This document shows, one piece after another, positions 10,062 through 20,019 of a stretch of 64,000 nt of DNA. How positions within the stretch are numbered: position 1 is the stretch's first letter; each line of letters starts with the position of its first letter. This DNA comes from Truepera sp. (GTDB lineage: Bacteria > Deinococcota > Deinococci > Deinococcales > Trueperaceae). A model generated the notes under the pieces. That model had not been told where the DNA came from and did no database searches. It saw only the letters and a list, made by a program, of their open reading frames with translations. The translations under genes were made by a program, and so were the position numbers. Location: positions 448,001-512,000 of the forward strand of contig CBDCKW010000009.1 of NCBI GenBank assembly GCA_965218435.1. Direction: 5' to 3'.

Positions 10062-11284
10062 GTGAAACGGTTTGGACTAATGGCAGGGGTTTTGACAGTA
10101 GGGGGTACTTTTTTCGGCGTGTAGTCAGGCACCTGCAGAGGTCAAGGGGGGGACTCGAGCCTCAGTTTGGTAAAAGTGGCTATGATTCGGCTACAGAGGT
10201 CGCTACAAACGCAGCCCACCCTTATATTTTTGCTGTAGGAGATTACGGCTCTGTTAAAGAGGGCGAGCAAGGCAGGAGTTTCTTACGCAGTTTCAACCGG
10301 GATGGTAGCTTGAGGTGGCAGCGCCTTATACCGGAGTTTGCTGGGTCTTCGTATATTCAAGACGTTGTTACCGATGCAACCGGAAACGTCTATTTTGCTT
10401 ACAACGGTGATACCGATCCTGCCCCATTTGCCTATGTATATGAAAATCACCTTGCTAAGTTTGATAAAAGCGGAAGGCAAATCTGGAACAAAATACTAAA
10501 CGATGATGTCGTGGGTCCGCTCGTACTAGACAGCAAAGGAAACATCTACGCGGCTACCAATGGCTTTGCGTCAAATCTCTACAAGTATGCTCCTAGTGGC
10601 AAAATTATCTGGGAAAGCGGTGTTCAAACTGATTTTTCTGTTACTCAACTGGCAGTTTCAGACAAAGACGAGCTGTTCGTCATGGGTGACGATTACAGCC
10701 ATTACAACTCGAGCACGGGTCAAGGCTATATTCGCCGCGTACTTCGGAAGCATGATTCTGGATACAGGCTCAAATTCGAGCGTAGCTTCGCGAGAGACTC
10801 AGGTGTTTACGGCATGGCGGTCGGGGGAAGTTCTGTCTACGTTGCTTACGGAGATGAAGGTTCTCCGGGCGTTCCTATAAATGTCAAAAGATATAACACT
10901 TCGGGCAAGCTACTGCTAAAACGTGCCCTCACCACAGGCGTTAAGGATTACACCGGAGTCAGAGGGGTAGGTGCGGACGAAGCTGGCAACCTCTATCTCG
11001 CGGGCTTCATCTACAGCGACAATCCCAAAAGCACCAACCCTTATGACACCTACGAAGATAACGTCTTTGTAAGCAAATTCTCGCCTTCACTTCGTCACGC
11101 ATGGACGTATAACCCTAAGCTCCTTGGAAATAATGAGGCGGCATTTGGGGTAGCCTCCAGAACACCTGACGAAATTTATGCGGTAGGTAGAAGTGACGGC
11201 AAGATTAACGGCAGAAATAACGGTGGTGATGACGCTTTTCTCCTCCGTCTCAATAGCAAAGGCCAAAAGGTCTGGGAACGCTAA
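10062..11284 (+). CDS. SBBP-type beta-propeller lipoprotein; signal peptide disconnected by two +1 frameshifts
   Basis: Repeats such as DATGNVY, DSKGNIY, DEAGNLY and DAFLLRL. AAGGAG plus GTG at 10062 gives MKRFGLMAGVLTVG..FSAC only after removing one base at 10101-10114 and one at G7 10146-10152. Looks lower in GC than neighbours. Confidence 0.7.
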
Positions 11285-11299
11285 CCCTCTACTTTAAGC

Positions 11300-11329
11300 A
11301 AAAAGCTCCGGTTTGCGCCGGAGCTTTTC
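11300..11329. terminator. Bidirectional intrinsic terminator
   Basis: AAAAAGCTCCGG-TTTGCG-CCGGAGCTTTT between convergent genes. Confidence 0.85.
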
Positions 11330-12859
11330 TTATTCCCACTCAATCGTCCCTGGCGGCTTACTGGTGATGTCATAGACCACCCGGTTCACTTCCGGCACAC
11401 TGTTAACAATCCGGTTAGAGACGATGGCTAAAAAGTCGTGCGGCAGGCGCGTCCAGTCGGCGGTCATCCCGTCAACCGAAGACACAGCCCGGAGCGCGAC
11501 GGTGTTGGCGTAGGTGCGCTGGTCGCCCATCACGCCGACGGACATGATAGGCGTCAGGACGGCTAAGGCTTGCCAGGTGTCGTCGTAAAGCCCGAACTCG
11601 CACAGGGCCGAGATGAAGATATCGTCCACACGGCGTAACACCTCGAGCCGCTCCGGGGTCACCTCACCGAGGCAGCGAATGGCGAGCCCCGGCCCCGGAA
11701 ACGGATGACGGCCCGCCAACGCCGGGGGCAAGCCTAACAGCGCCGCGAGTTCGCGCACTTCGTCTTTGAACAACGTACGAAAGGGCTCGAGCAACCGAAA
11801 CTGCATTTCAACCGGTAAGCCGCCGACGTTGTGGTGCGATTTGATGTTCGCCGCGCCGTGCCCGCCCGCTGATTCGATGACGTCCGGGTAGAGCGTGCCC
11901 TGCGCCAAAAAGCGGATCGGACCCTCCGCTTGTTTGCGTTTAACCACCTCGTCAAACACCTCGATAAACTCGCGCCCGATAATTTTACGTTTTTGTTCGG
12001 GGTCGTCTACGCCGATCAGCGCCTCTAAAAATGTCTCCGAGGCGTTGACGACCGTCAGGTTCATACCGACGCCGCGCAGGGCTTTTTCGACCTCTTGGGC
12101 TTCGCCGGTACGGAGTAAGCCGTGATCTACAAAGACGGCCTTGAGCCTCTCGCCGAGCGCCCGGTTGAGTAACAGGCCGAGGGTGCTCGAGTCCACCCCG
12201 CCCGAAATCGCCAACAAGACTCGTTCATCTTTGACCTTCGCTTTGACCTCACGGGTGAGGGACTCGAGGATGTGTTCGGGCGTCCAGTCGCGGGTGATAC
12301 TGGTGCGCCTGACAAAGTTTTCTAAGAGCGTCCGGCCTTTAGGCGTGTGCTGCACTTCCGGGTGAAACTGCATACAGTACACGCCCCGCGCGGAGCTCTC
12401 CATCGCGGCAATTTCCGTATCTTGCGTGCTGGCGACGACTTCAAACCCCGGCGGCAAACGCATCACCGAGTCGCCGTGACTCATCCACGCGACAAAATCC
12501 CCCTCGACCCCGCTGAACAGCTCACCCCGGTAGCCCGACAAGAGCGCCTTGCCGTACTCACGGACGCGGCTCGCGGTGACCTTGCCGCCCGCCGCCTGCG
12601 CGACGAGTTGCATCCCGTAGCAGATGGCAAAAATCGGCAGACGCGCCTCTAGCAAGCCCTCGGGAAGACCCGGTGCGCCCTCGTCGTAGACGCTGCCGGG
12701 ACCACCTGAAAGGACGACGCCCCGAGGATTTTGGGCCAAAATATCGTTTAGCGTCGCGTCAGCCTCTAAAATAACGGAAAAGACATTGAGTTCACGGAGC
12801 CGCCGCGCGATCAGGCGCGTGTACTGAGAGCCGTAGTCGAGGACGACGATACTAGCCAT
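11330..12859 (-). CDS. guaA: GMP synthase (glutamine-hydrolysing)
   Basis: [35 protein letters not shown] and KPPGTIEWE motifs. Confidence 0.98.
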   Translation of the reverse strand: MASIVVLDYGSQYTRLIARRLRELNVFSVILEADATLNDILAQNPRGVVLSGGPGSVYDEGAPGLPEGLLEARLPIFAICYGMQLVAQAAGGKVTASRVREYGKALLSGYRGELFSGVEGDFVAWMSHGDSVMRLPPGFEVVASTQDTEIAAMESSARGVYCMQFHPEVQHTPKGRTLLENFVRRTSITRDWTPEHILESLTREVKAKVKDERVLLAISGGVDSSTLGLLLNRALGERLKAVFVDHGLLRTGEAQEVEKALRGVGMNLTVVNASETFLEALIGVDDPEQKRKIIGREFIEVFDEVVKRKQAEGPIRFLAQGTLYPDVIESAGGHGAANIKSHHNVGGLPVEMQFRLLEPFRTLFKDEVRELAALLGLPPALAGRHPFPGPGLAIRCLGEVTPERLEVLRRVDDIFISALCEFGLYDDTWQALAVLTPIMSVGVMGDQRTYANTVALRAVSSVDGMTADWTRLPHDFLAIVSNRIVNSVPEVNRVVYDITSKPPGTIEWE

Positions 12860-12904
12860 AGGGTCCTTTCGCGTGGTCGGCGTGTTGCGCAGCGTTCGTC
12901 CAAA

Positions 12905-14380
12905 TCACGCGTTGATAAGTTGAAGTGCGAGCAGTACCAATAAGGCGATACCGAGCAGCGTTAACAGGAGCACCCGCCGCCCGCCTCGGTAGAGCGTCGG
13001 GTCGGGGGCGCGGTCGTCAATGTCGTCAACGACCTCAAAATCGGGTTCGTCGTCGGCTGTGTTCGGCGCTGTGTCCGAACCGAACGCACGCATACGGACG
13101 TTCGGCCCGGTCTGCGTTGGTTGTGGGGCAGAACCAGGCGACTCAGCCGCCGGTATCACGCGCACAGCGGGAAGCCGAGTTGCAGCCGTGGCTGGCGATA
13201 TGGCAGGTGATGTGGCCGGTGCAGAGTCGGACTCTGAAGCTGACGCCGTAGACACTTTAGCTGCTTTAGGTGCTGGATTAGAGGTAGCGGTTTCAGCGGT
13301 TGCCTGGGTAGTTGGCGCTTTGGATGACGGCTGCGCGTTGCCGTGCTGAGCCTTGTAGGTAGCCAAACGTGCCCGGTAAGCTGCGGTGGCGTCGAGCTGT
13401 TTGAGCGATTCTTTGGGGGGTGGAGCCTTAGCCGACCCTGACTGCGTGTTGACCGGCGTTGGTAACGGGGATACAGGGGGGCTCGAGGTGGGCTCTTGTG
13501 AGGTGGCTTCCGGTTGGGGCGCGGCTTGAGGAGAGGTCTCTCGAGTGGACAAGACCCGCGCTTGTTGTCGCCGGTACTCCTCCAATTTAATCGTTTTGGG
13601 CGGCAGCGTCAGCTCGCTCAGGTTGTCTGCCTGAGCGCCCGTACCTTCAGCCGCATCGTCCGCGTAGCCGCCACGGTCATCGGTGCTGTAATCGGCGTAC
13701 TGTTCAAACGCCGAGGTGTCGCGGTGAGCTTGCCGGTTGGGTCTTGGGGCGGCGTTGCCGAACGGATAACGTTCCAAAGCTGCGCACACCTCGCGGGCGT
13801 GTGGGCGTTCTTTAGGGTCGGCGCTTAAACAACGGTCGAGTAGGTCGCGCAGATCACCCGGAAGCGGCCCGGAAAGGTGCTTGATTGTCCTGGCCCACGA
13901 AAAGATGTCTCCGGAGAACGACGCACCGCCGATCCGTTCCGGGGCGCTGAACTCGCTCGGGCGTACGGGCCACGGCACCCCGTAGCCTTCCAAGACAAAC
14001 CGTCCCGACGCTCCCGCTTCGCGGTCAAAAAAGACGCGTTCGGGCGACAGGTCACCGTGAATGACCCCGGCTCTGGCCGCGTCGTCTAAGGCCGCCGCCG
14101 TTTCGCGTAACAGCGCCTCGACCTGCTTGGGTTCGACCGCGCCTTTAAGCCGCCTAAACTCGCCCGAAAAGGCGCTCACGACCTCCCCGGCGGTGCCGGT
14201 AAACGTTGTGCTCAAAACCGGGGGAATAAAGTTCGAACGCAACTCTCCCTCGCGGCTCGTCGGCTCGCCCATAAAGCTATATAAACGCACCGGCAGACCG
14301 TTGACCGCGTCACGTCCGGCAAACGTCTGTACACCGCCCTGCTCACCGAGCAGCTCATGGGATTGATAACGTTTAGCCAT
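12905..14380 (-). CDS. Hanks-type kinase-like (probably inactive) protein with Pro/Ala/Ser-rich linker and C-terminal TM anchor
   Basis: GVIHGDLSPERV, LEGYG in place of DFG, FSAPE, GDIFSW, CLSADPKERP; single TM at the extreme C-terminus. Confidence 0.7.
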   Translation of the reverse strand: MAKRYQSHELLGEQGGVQTFAGRDAVNGLPVRLYSFMGEPTSREGELRSNFIPPVLSTTFTGTAGEVVSAFSGEFRRLKGAVEPKQVEALLRETAAALDDAARAGVIHGDLSPERVFFDREAGASGRFVLEGYGVPWPVRPSEFSAPERIGGASFSGDIFSWARTIKHLSGPLPGDLRDLLDRCLSADPKERPHAREVCAALERYPFGNAAPRPNRQAHRDTSAFEQYADYSTDDRGGYADDAAEGTGAQADNLSELTLPPKTIKLEEYRRQQARVLSTRETSPQAAPQPEATSQEPTSSPPVSPLPTPVNTQSGSAKAPPPKESLKQLDATAAYRARLATYKAQHGNAQPSSKAPTTQATAETATSNPAPKAAKVSTASASESDSAPATSPAISPATAATRLPAVRVIPAAESPGSAPQPTQTGPNVRMRAFGSDTAPNTADDEPDFEVVDDIDDRAPDPTLYRGGRRVLLLTLLGIALLVLLALQLINA

Positions 14381-14725
14381 GTTTCATCTCAGAAAATCGG
14401 CTGCCGAAAAACGGGAGTAGATACTGTCCACAGCTTACGCACCGGCATGTTACATACTCGCAGCTCACCCGCCTAGTATAGCCCCAACTCGGGCCACTTC
14501 AGAAGCGACGCGGCGCTCGGCTGGTTGCTCAGGCCACCACAGCTGCTACCACAGCTCCAAAGACAGACAACAGACAAAGGCGCTAAGCTCCAAGCTGTTC
14601 TAAAACGTTCACCTCAAACGCAGTGGGTATCTCTAAATGGTGATATGTTTTTCTCACTTCAACCGTTTAGCCAAGCAGGTGTTGCAGACCCTTGTGGGGG
14701 CGGGTTGAAAGGGTTAGCGTACCTT

Positions 14726-15790
14726 ATGGCAGGTTTAGAAACACCCTCTGAAAAAGCGTTACTTGACGCGCTCCGTACCGTCAACGATCCTGAGCTGCAC
14801 CGCGACCTGGTAAGCCTCGGGATGATTAAAGACCTGAGTATCAGCGGCGGCGAAGTGACGCTGACCGTCAACCTCACTACGCCCGCTTGCCCGATGAAAG
14901 CGCAGATCGAACGTGACGTGCGCACCGCCCTAGCTCGCGTTCCTGACGTCCACAAGGTCAATTTATCGTTTGACGCGCAAGTTCGGGCGTCAGCGCAAAA
15001 AGAGCTGCCCGGCGTGAAAAACGTCATCGCCGTAGGGTCGGGTAAAGGCGGCGTCGGGAAGTCTACGGTGGCGGCGAACTTGGCGGCGAGTTTGGCGTTA
15101 GAAGGGGCCGATGTCGGCCTCTTGGACGCCGACATCTACGGGCCGAGCCAAGCCAAGATGTTCGCCGTCGAAGGCAAACGCCTGATGGCCGACGACGAAA
15201 AACGTATCTTGCCGCTGCGTAACTACGGCGTCAAAGTGATTTCGATTGCCAACCTGGTTGAAGACGGTCAAGCCCTCACCTGGCGTGGCCCGATTTTGCA
15301 CGGCACGCTGACGCAGATGCTCAAACAGACTGTTTGGGGCGAGCTCGACTATCTGATCGTAGATTTGCCCCCCGGTACCGGCGACGTGCAGCTTTCGCTC
15401 GCACAACTCGTCCCGCTGACGGGCGCAGTGATGGTGACGACGCCGCAAGACGTGGCCCTCTTAGACGTGCGCCGCGCCTACACGATGCTCCGCAAAACGC
15501 ACGTGCCGGTGTTGGGCATTATCGAAAACATGTCGTACTACGAACTACCGGACGGCTCCCGCGATTACATCTTCGGTGAGGGTGGCGCGGCCAAATTTGC
15601 CGACGCCGAGCGGCTCGCGCTCCTCGGGCAGATTCCGGTTACGCGGGCGATGCGCGAAGCGGGGGACGCTGGCGAACCGCTCGTGGTGTCGTCACCCGAC
15701 TCGCCGGACGCACAGGCACTGCGCAAAGCAGCCCGCGTGTTAGCTGGTCAAATCAGTATTCAGAATCTCAACGCGTTGCCGGTGCTTTAA
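14726..15790 (+). CDS. mrp: Mrp/NBP35 Fe-S cluster carrier ATPase
   Basis: N-terminal DUF59 (V.DPEL..DLVSLG, TTPACP), GKGGVGKST, DADIYGPS, DLPPGTGD; start moved to ATG 14726. Confidence 0.93.
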   Translation: MAGLETPSEKALLDALRTVNDPELHRDLVSLGMIKDLSISGGEVTLTVNLTTPACPMKAQIERDVRTALARVPDVHKVNLSFDAQVRASAQKELPGVKNVIAVGSGKGGVGKSTVAANLAASLALEGADVGLLDADIYGPSQAKMFAVEGKRLMADDEKRILPLRNYGVKVISIANLVEDGQALTWRGPILHGTLTQMLKQTVWGELDYLIVDLPPGTGDVQLSLAQLVPLTGAVMVTTPQDVALLDVRRAYTMLRKTHVPVLGIIENMSYYELPDGSRDYIFGEGGAAKFADAERLALLGQIPVTRAMREAGDAGEPLVVSSPDSPDAQALRKAARVLAGQISIQNLNALPVL

Positions 15791-15869
15791 CAGATTGAAC
15801 AAAGGGAAAGGGGCTCGAGCCCTCTCCCCCTAAAACCTCGCTTACACCCTATACATTTTGCTATACTTC

Positions 15870-16175
15870 AGGGGCGTTGAGCGGGAAGAGTAGCTTGCGA
15901 ACGTCTTACCAGAGAGCTTAGGTGACGCGCTGAGAGCCTAAGCAAGAAACGAGCAGGTGAACGTCGCCCGTGAGCAGGGGAAGAAAGGCTTTGTAAGCTG
16001 ATTAGACCTCCCGGTGGCTGCCTGTCGCAGCCTGAAAGAAGTGCTTAGCTGTATCAGTTGGTCATAGCAGTAAGTCATAGCCGCTACTGATACCTCTAAG
16101 AAATGCGGTGGTACCGCGGGGATCGCCTCGTCCGCAGTGTTCGGCTTAATAGCCACGTGTGGAGGAGGTTTTTTA
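15870..16175 (+). promoter_or_regulatory. T-box riboswitch, valine specifier
   Basis: Stem I hallmarks GAAGAGTA, CAGAGAG, GCTGAGA; specifier loop GAAC-GTC (GUC = Val); T-box AATGCGGTGGTACCGCG at about 16102; terminator CCTCGTCCGC...GTGGAGGAGG-T6; extended -10 TGcTATACT at 15859. Confidence 0.9.
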
Positions 16176-16904
16176 GTGACAGTTGCTAGTGAGTTTGACG
16201 AAGTGTACCGACTCGAGCACACCCAGCACTTTACGCCCGAGAGAACGGGGCTCGAGGTTGACACGCTCGTTCAAGCTCTCGGCTTGATCCCTTCTGAACG
16301 CGTTTTAGACCTCGGCTGTGGTTGGGGGCGGCACCTAGCTGAGTTGAAGCAGCGCGGATTTACGAACCTTATTGGGGTAGACGTGCAGGGCGCGTTTTTA
16401 GAACCGCTCGAGGGTGTCGTGATGCTCGAGCGTGACGTGACGGGGCTCGAGGTTGACGCTGAATTCGACACAAAGTTTGACGCCGTGTACTGCGCCTTTA
16501 ACGCACTTTTCTCCCATGCTGACGCTGCCCAAGAAGTTTTTCAAGCTGTGGCCAAAGCCCTCAGACCCGGTGGGCGTTTTTTGCTCGATACGCAAAACCG
16601 TGAACGGTTGGTTCAAACAGAGAACACCCGTTCATGGCGGGGTGGTGGAGAGCTACCTTGGCTTTTGGAGGAAAGCCGATTTGACCTTTTAATCGGCAGC
16701 CAAACCATCTTCCAACGGCGTGTCTTTTTAGACGGTCACACTGAAGAGCGTACCCTGACGCGCTACCACTACACCTTTACCGAGCTCATAAAACTTGCCG
16801 AAGCTGCCGGACTCGTTTTCACTACCGTTTACGGCGACTGGCAACTTGGCCCTTATACGGCCCAAAGTCCTCGCATGATGCTCGTTACAAGAAAGGAAGC
16901 ATAA
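16176..16904 (+). CDS. Class I SAM-dependent methyltransferase
   Basis: VLDLGCGWGRH motif I, FDAVYC, ALRPGGRFLLD; GTG 16176 follows GGAGGAGG. Confidence 0.85.
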   Translation: MTVASEFDEVYRLEHTQHFTPERTGLEVDTLVQALGLIPSERVLDLGCGWGRHLAELKQRGFTNLIGVDVQGAFLEPLEGVVMLERDVTGLEVDAEFDTKFDAVYCAFNALFSHADAAQEVFQAVAKALRPGGRFLLDTQNRERLVQTENTRSWRGGGELPWLLEESRFDLLIGSQTIFQRRVFLDGHTEERTLTRYHYTFTELIKLAEAAGLVFTTVYGDWQLGPYTAQSPRMMLVTRKEA

Positions 16905-16905
16905 C

Positions 16906-19515
16906 GTGAAAGAACTCGCCAAACAGTACGACCCGCTGAGTATCGAAGGAAAATGGGTAAGGCGCTGGGCGGAAACGCCTTTTACGGCCGACGCGACGAG
17001 TAACAAACCGCCCTTCTGTATCGTCATCCCGCCGCCGAACGTGACAGGCAACTTGCACCTCGGGCACGCTTTTGACAATACGCTCATTGACACGCTGATT
17101 CGTTTCAAGCGGATGAACGGGTTTGAGGCGCTGTTTCAACCCGGTACCGACCATGCAGGGATTTCGACGCAAGTGCAGGTCGAGCGGGCGTTACGCGCCG
17201 AGGGTAAGACCAAAGAAGACTTGGGCCGCGAGGCGTTTTTAGAGCGGATGTGGGCCTGGAAAGAGCAGTACGGCGGCATTATCTTGTCACAGCTGCAGCG
17301 TCTAGGGATTTCGGCCGATTGGAGCCGGACGCGCTTTACGCTTGACGACGGCCTCTCAAAAGCGGTACGGCAACAGTTCGCCCTGCTCTACCACCGGGGG
17401 TTGGTGTACCGGGGCGAACGCATCGTCAATTGGGACCCGGTCACTCAGACGACCCTGAGTGACCTCGAGGTGGACCGCGAAGACCGCCCCGGCAAACTCT
17501 ATACTTTAGCGTATGAACTAGAGAGCGGCGGCGCGTTGCAGATTGCCACCGTGCGCCCTGAAACCATCTTTGCCGACGTTGCTTTGGCCGTTCACCCGGA
17601 CGATACGCGCTTTACCCACCTGCACGGCCAACAGGTCAGGGTTCCGCTGACTGAGCGTTGGATACCCATCATTACCGACGAAGCCGTCGAGATGGACTTC
17701 GGTACCGGAGCCTTGAAGATTACACCCGCGCACGACCCGACCGACTTTGAAATCGGCGAGCGTCACGGCCTGCCGCACCCGATTGTGATTGACCTAAACG
17801 CCAAGCTGACGGGTGAGCTGGTACCCGCAGCGTTCCGGGGACTCGATAGATTTGAAGCCAGAGCCTCAGTCGTTGCCGCCCTGCAAGACGCGGGCAACCT
17901 CGTCAGCACGCAAGATTACACGGTTCCTCTTGGGTTATCCGAGCGTACCGGGGTCCCGGTCGAGCCGATTTTGTCAACGCAGTGGTTTTTTAAGATGGGC
18001 GAGATTGCGCCGCAGGTGTTGGCGGCGCTCGAGGCCGGTGAGATGCACCTCATCCCCGAACGCTACACCAAAGTCAACCGCGACTGGTTGCAAAACTTGC
18101 GCGACTGGAACATCTCTCGTCAGCTCTGGTGGGGCCATCAGATTCCGGCGTGGTATGACGCCGACGGCAACGTCTATGTACCCGACCCGGAGACGCCCGA
18201 GCTCGACCCACCCGACGACCCACGTTATGCAGGTAAAGTATTGACGCAAGACCCGGACGTGTTCGACACCTGGTTTTCGTCGAACCTCTGGCCCTTTTCC
18301 ACGCTCGGTTGGCCCGATACCGAAGACCCGTTTCTTAAGAAGTTCTTTCCGACCTCGGCGCTCATCACGGGTTACGACATCATCTTTTTCTGGGTGACGA
18401 AGATGCAGCTCGCGTCTTACGCCCTGCTGGACGAAAAACCCTTTACCGACATCGTGCTGCACGGGTTGGTGTTAGACGAGCACGGACAGAAGATGTCGAA
18501 GTCTAAAGGTAACGGGATTGATCCCTTGACCGTCATGGACGCCTTCGGTGCGGACGCCCTAAGGTTTGCGATGGCCTACACCTCAACCGGTGGGCAAGAC
18601 ATCCGCTGGGACGACCGGCGCGTCGAGATGGGGCGCAACTTTACCAACAAACTCTGGAATGCGGCGCGGTTTGTGATGATGAACCTCTCGGACGGTATGC
18701 CGGACACACAAAACGTTGTCCCTGAAACTCTGGCTGACCGCTGGATTTTGAGCCGGCTGCAACGGGCAATCGGGGAGGTCACGCGGCACTTAGACGCGTT
18801 TGATCTAGGCGCAGCGACGCGGGCCGCCTACGACTTTGTTTGGTCGGAGTTTTGCGACTGGTACTTGGAGGCGGCCAAACCTGAGCTGCGTGAAGGGAAC
18901 GCGGCGACGAAGGCGGTGCTGGCCCTGGCCCTCACCGATATCTTGAAACTCTTGCACCCGCTCGTGCCGTTTATCACTTCGGAACTTTACGAGGCCCTCG
19001 AGTTTGACACGCAGCTGGGGTGGGCGAGCTGGCCGCAGGTTGATAAGGAGCTACTAGACGCTGACGCCGAACGCGACTTTATACGGTTACAAAACGCGGT
19101 GACAGGTGTGCGCAACCTCCGCGCTGAGGCGAACGTGCCGCCGTCACAAGAGATTTCGGTGTCGGTTAGTGGCGCGGGTGCGGAAGCTTTGCAGGCAAAC
19201 CCGGCGGTGTTTAAGGCGTTGACGCGGGCCAACGTGTTAGAAGCTCCGGTCGAGGGCGCGTCACTATCGCAAGTCGTGCCGGAACTCGAGCTCACTCTTC
19301 CCTTAACCGGCCTGGTAGATATCGGCGAGTGGCGGGCGCGGCAAGAAAAACGTCTAAAAGAGTTGAAGGCAAACCGGGACAAGAGCGCCAAAAAGCTCTC
19401 GAACGCCAAGTTCGTCCAAAATGCCCCGGCTGAAGTCGTTGAAGAAGAGAAGCGCCGTCTAGCTGAGGCTGAAGGCTTGATTGGGGGGCTCGAGGCCAGT
19501 TTGAGCGCACTTTAG
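16906..19515 (+). CDS. valS: Valine--tRNA ligase
   Basis: PPPNVTGNLHLGH, DWNISRQLWWGH, KMSKSKGN motifs and C-terminal coiled coil. Confidence 0.98.
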   Translation: MKELAKQYDPLSIEGKWVRRWAETPFTADATSNKPPFCIVIPPPNVTGNLHLGHAFDNTLIDTLIRFKRMNGFEALFQPGTDHAGISTQVQVERALRAEGKTKEDLGREAFLERMWAWKEQYGGIILSQLQRLGISADWSRTRFTLDDGLSKAVRQQFALLYHRGLVYRGERIVNWDPVTQTTLSDLEVDREDRPGKLYTLAYELESGGALQIATVRPETIFADVALAVHPDDTRFTHLHGQQVRVPLTERWIPIITDEAVEMDFGTGALKITPAHDPTDFEIGERHGLPHPIVIDLNAKLTGELVPAAFRGLDRFEARASVVAALQDAGNLVSTQDYTVPLGLSERTGVPVEPILSTQWFFKMGEIAPQVLAALEAGEMHLIPERYTKVNRDWLQNLRDWNISRQLWWGHQIPAWYDADGNVYVPDPETPELDPPDDPRYAGKVLTQDPDVFDTWFSSNLWPFSTLGWPDTEDPFLKKFFPTSALITGYDIIFFWVTKMQLASYALLDEKPFTDIVLHGLVLDEHGQKMSKSKGNGIDPLTVMDAFGADALRFAMAYTSTGGQDIRWDDRRVEMGRNFTNKLWNAARFVMMNLSDGMPDTQNVVPETLADRWILSRLQRAIGEVTRHLDAFDLGAATRAAYDFVWSEFCDWYLEAAKPELREGNAATKAVLALALTDILKLLHPLVPFITSELYEALEFDTQLGWASWPQVDKELLDADAERDFIRLQNAVTGVRNLRAEANVPPSQEISVSVSGAGAEALQANPAVFKALTRANVLEAPVEGASLSQVVPELELTLPLTGLVDIGEWRARQEKRLKELKANRDKSAKKLSNAKFVQNAPAEVVEEEKRRLAEAEGLIGGLEASLSAL

Positions 19516-19667
19516 AAAGGACGTTTAAGCCTCCTTGCTGAGATGAAATTGCTGAGGTGAGAACCAAAGGGGCACTCAAGCTCTTCGCTAAAGGAGCGTG
19601 CGGCTTAGATTGAGGTTTGCTCTAACACCTTGTGATTCTCCTTAAGCTCGGACTCAAAAGATGTTAT

Positions 19668-19912
19668 AACCTCGAGTGCTAGTTGGTTATGAGATATCTA
19701 GAAGACTCAAAAAGTTCACCGATTGCGTCATAGACGTTGTTTCCAGCTCACTCAGAAGGGTTGAGAAAGTAACCACGAGCGGCAAGCAGCCTTGAAGATT
19801 CACCGAAAGTATGTGTTCGGGTAGGTCAGCGGTCATGGTTGAAATACCATTTTGCGTCACAGACGCACTTCCTCGGTTGCAACGGGTCGTTTGTCTACTA
19901 GCACTCGAGGTT
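19668..19912. repeat. 245-bp segment bounded by perfect 16-bp inverted repeats (MITE-, inverton- or ncRNA-like)
   Basis: AACCTCGAGTGCTAGT (19668-19683) and ACTAGCACTCGAGGTT (19897-19912), flanked by TAT on both sides. Confidence 0.55.
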
Positions 19913-19972
19913 TATAGGGTGTATAGCTGAGGACCCTTGCCGGGCATGTGTTTCGTTACGACCACAAAGACT

Positions 19973-20000
19973 AAAAAGCCCCACCCGTAGGTGAGGCTTT
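19973..20000 (-). terminator. Intrinsic terminator of the protease operon
   Basis: AAAAAGCCCCACC-CGTA-GGTGAGGCTTT just after the S8 stop codon. Confidence 0.75.
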
Positions 20001-20019
20001 CGCGGCTCGGTTTAGAGCT

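Noticed and set aside
14525..14725. N-terminal extension of the mrp ORF
   Set aside because: No family similarity and contains tandem-duplication sequence; homology begins at ATG 14726.
19674..19906. CIRCE-like half-sites (GAGTGCTAG, CTAGCACTC), tempting because hrcA is in the window
   Set aside because: Wrong order, more than 200 bp apart rather than 9 bp, and located between convergent gene ends.
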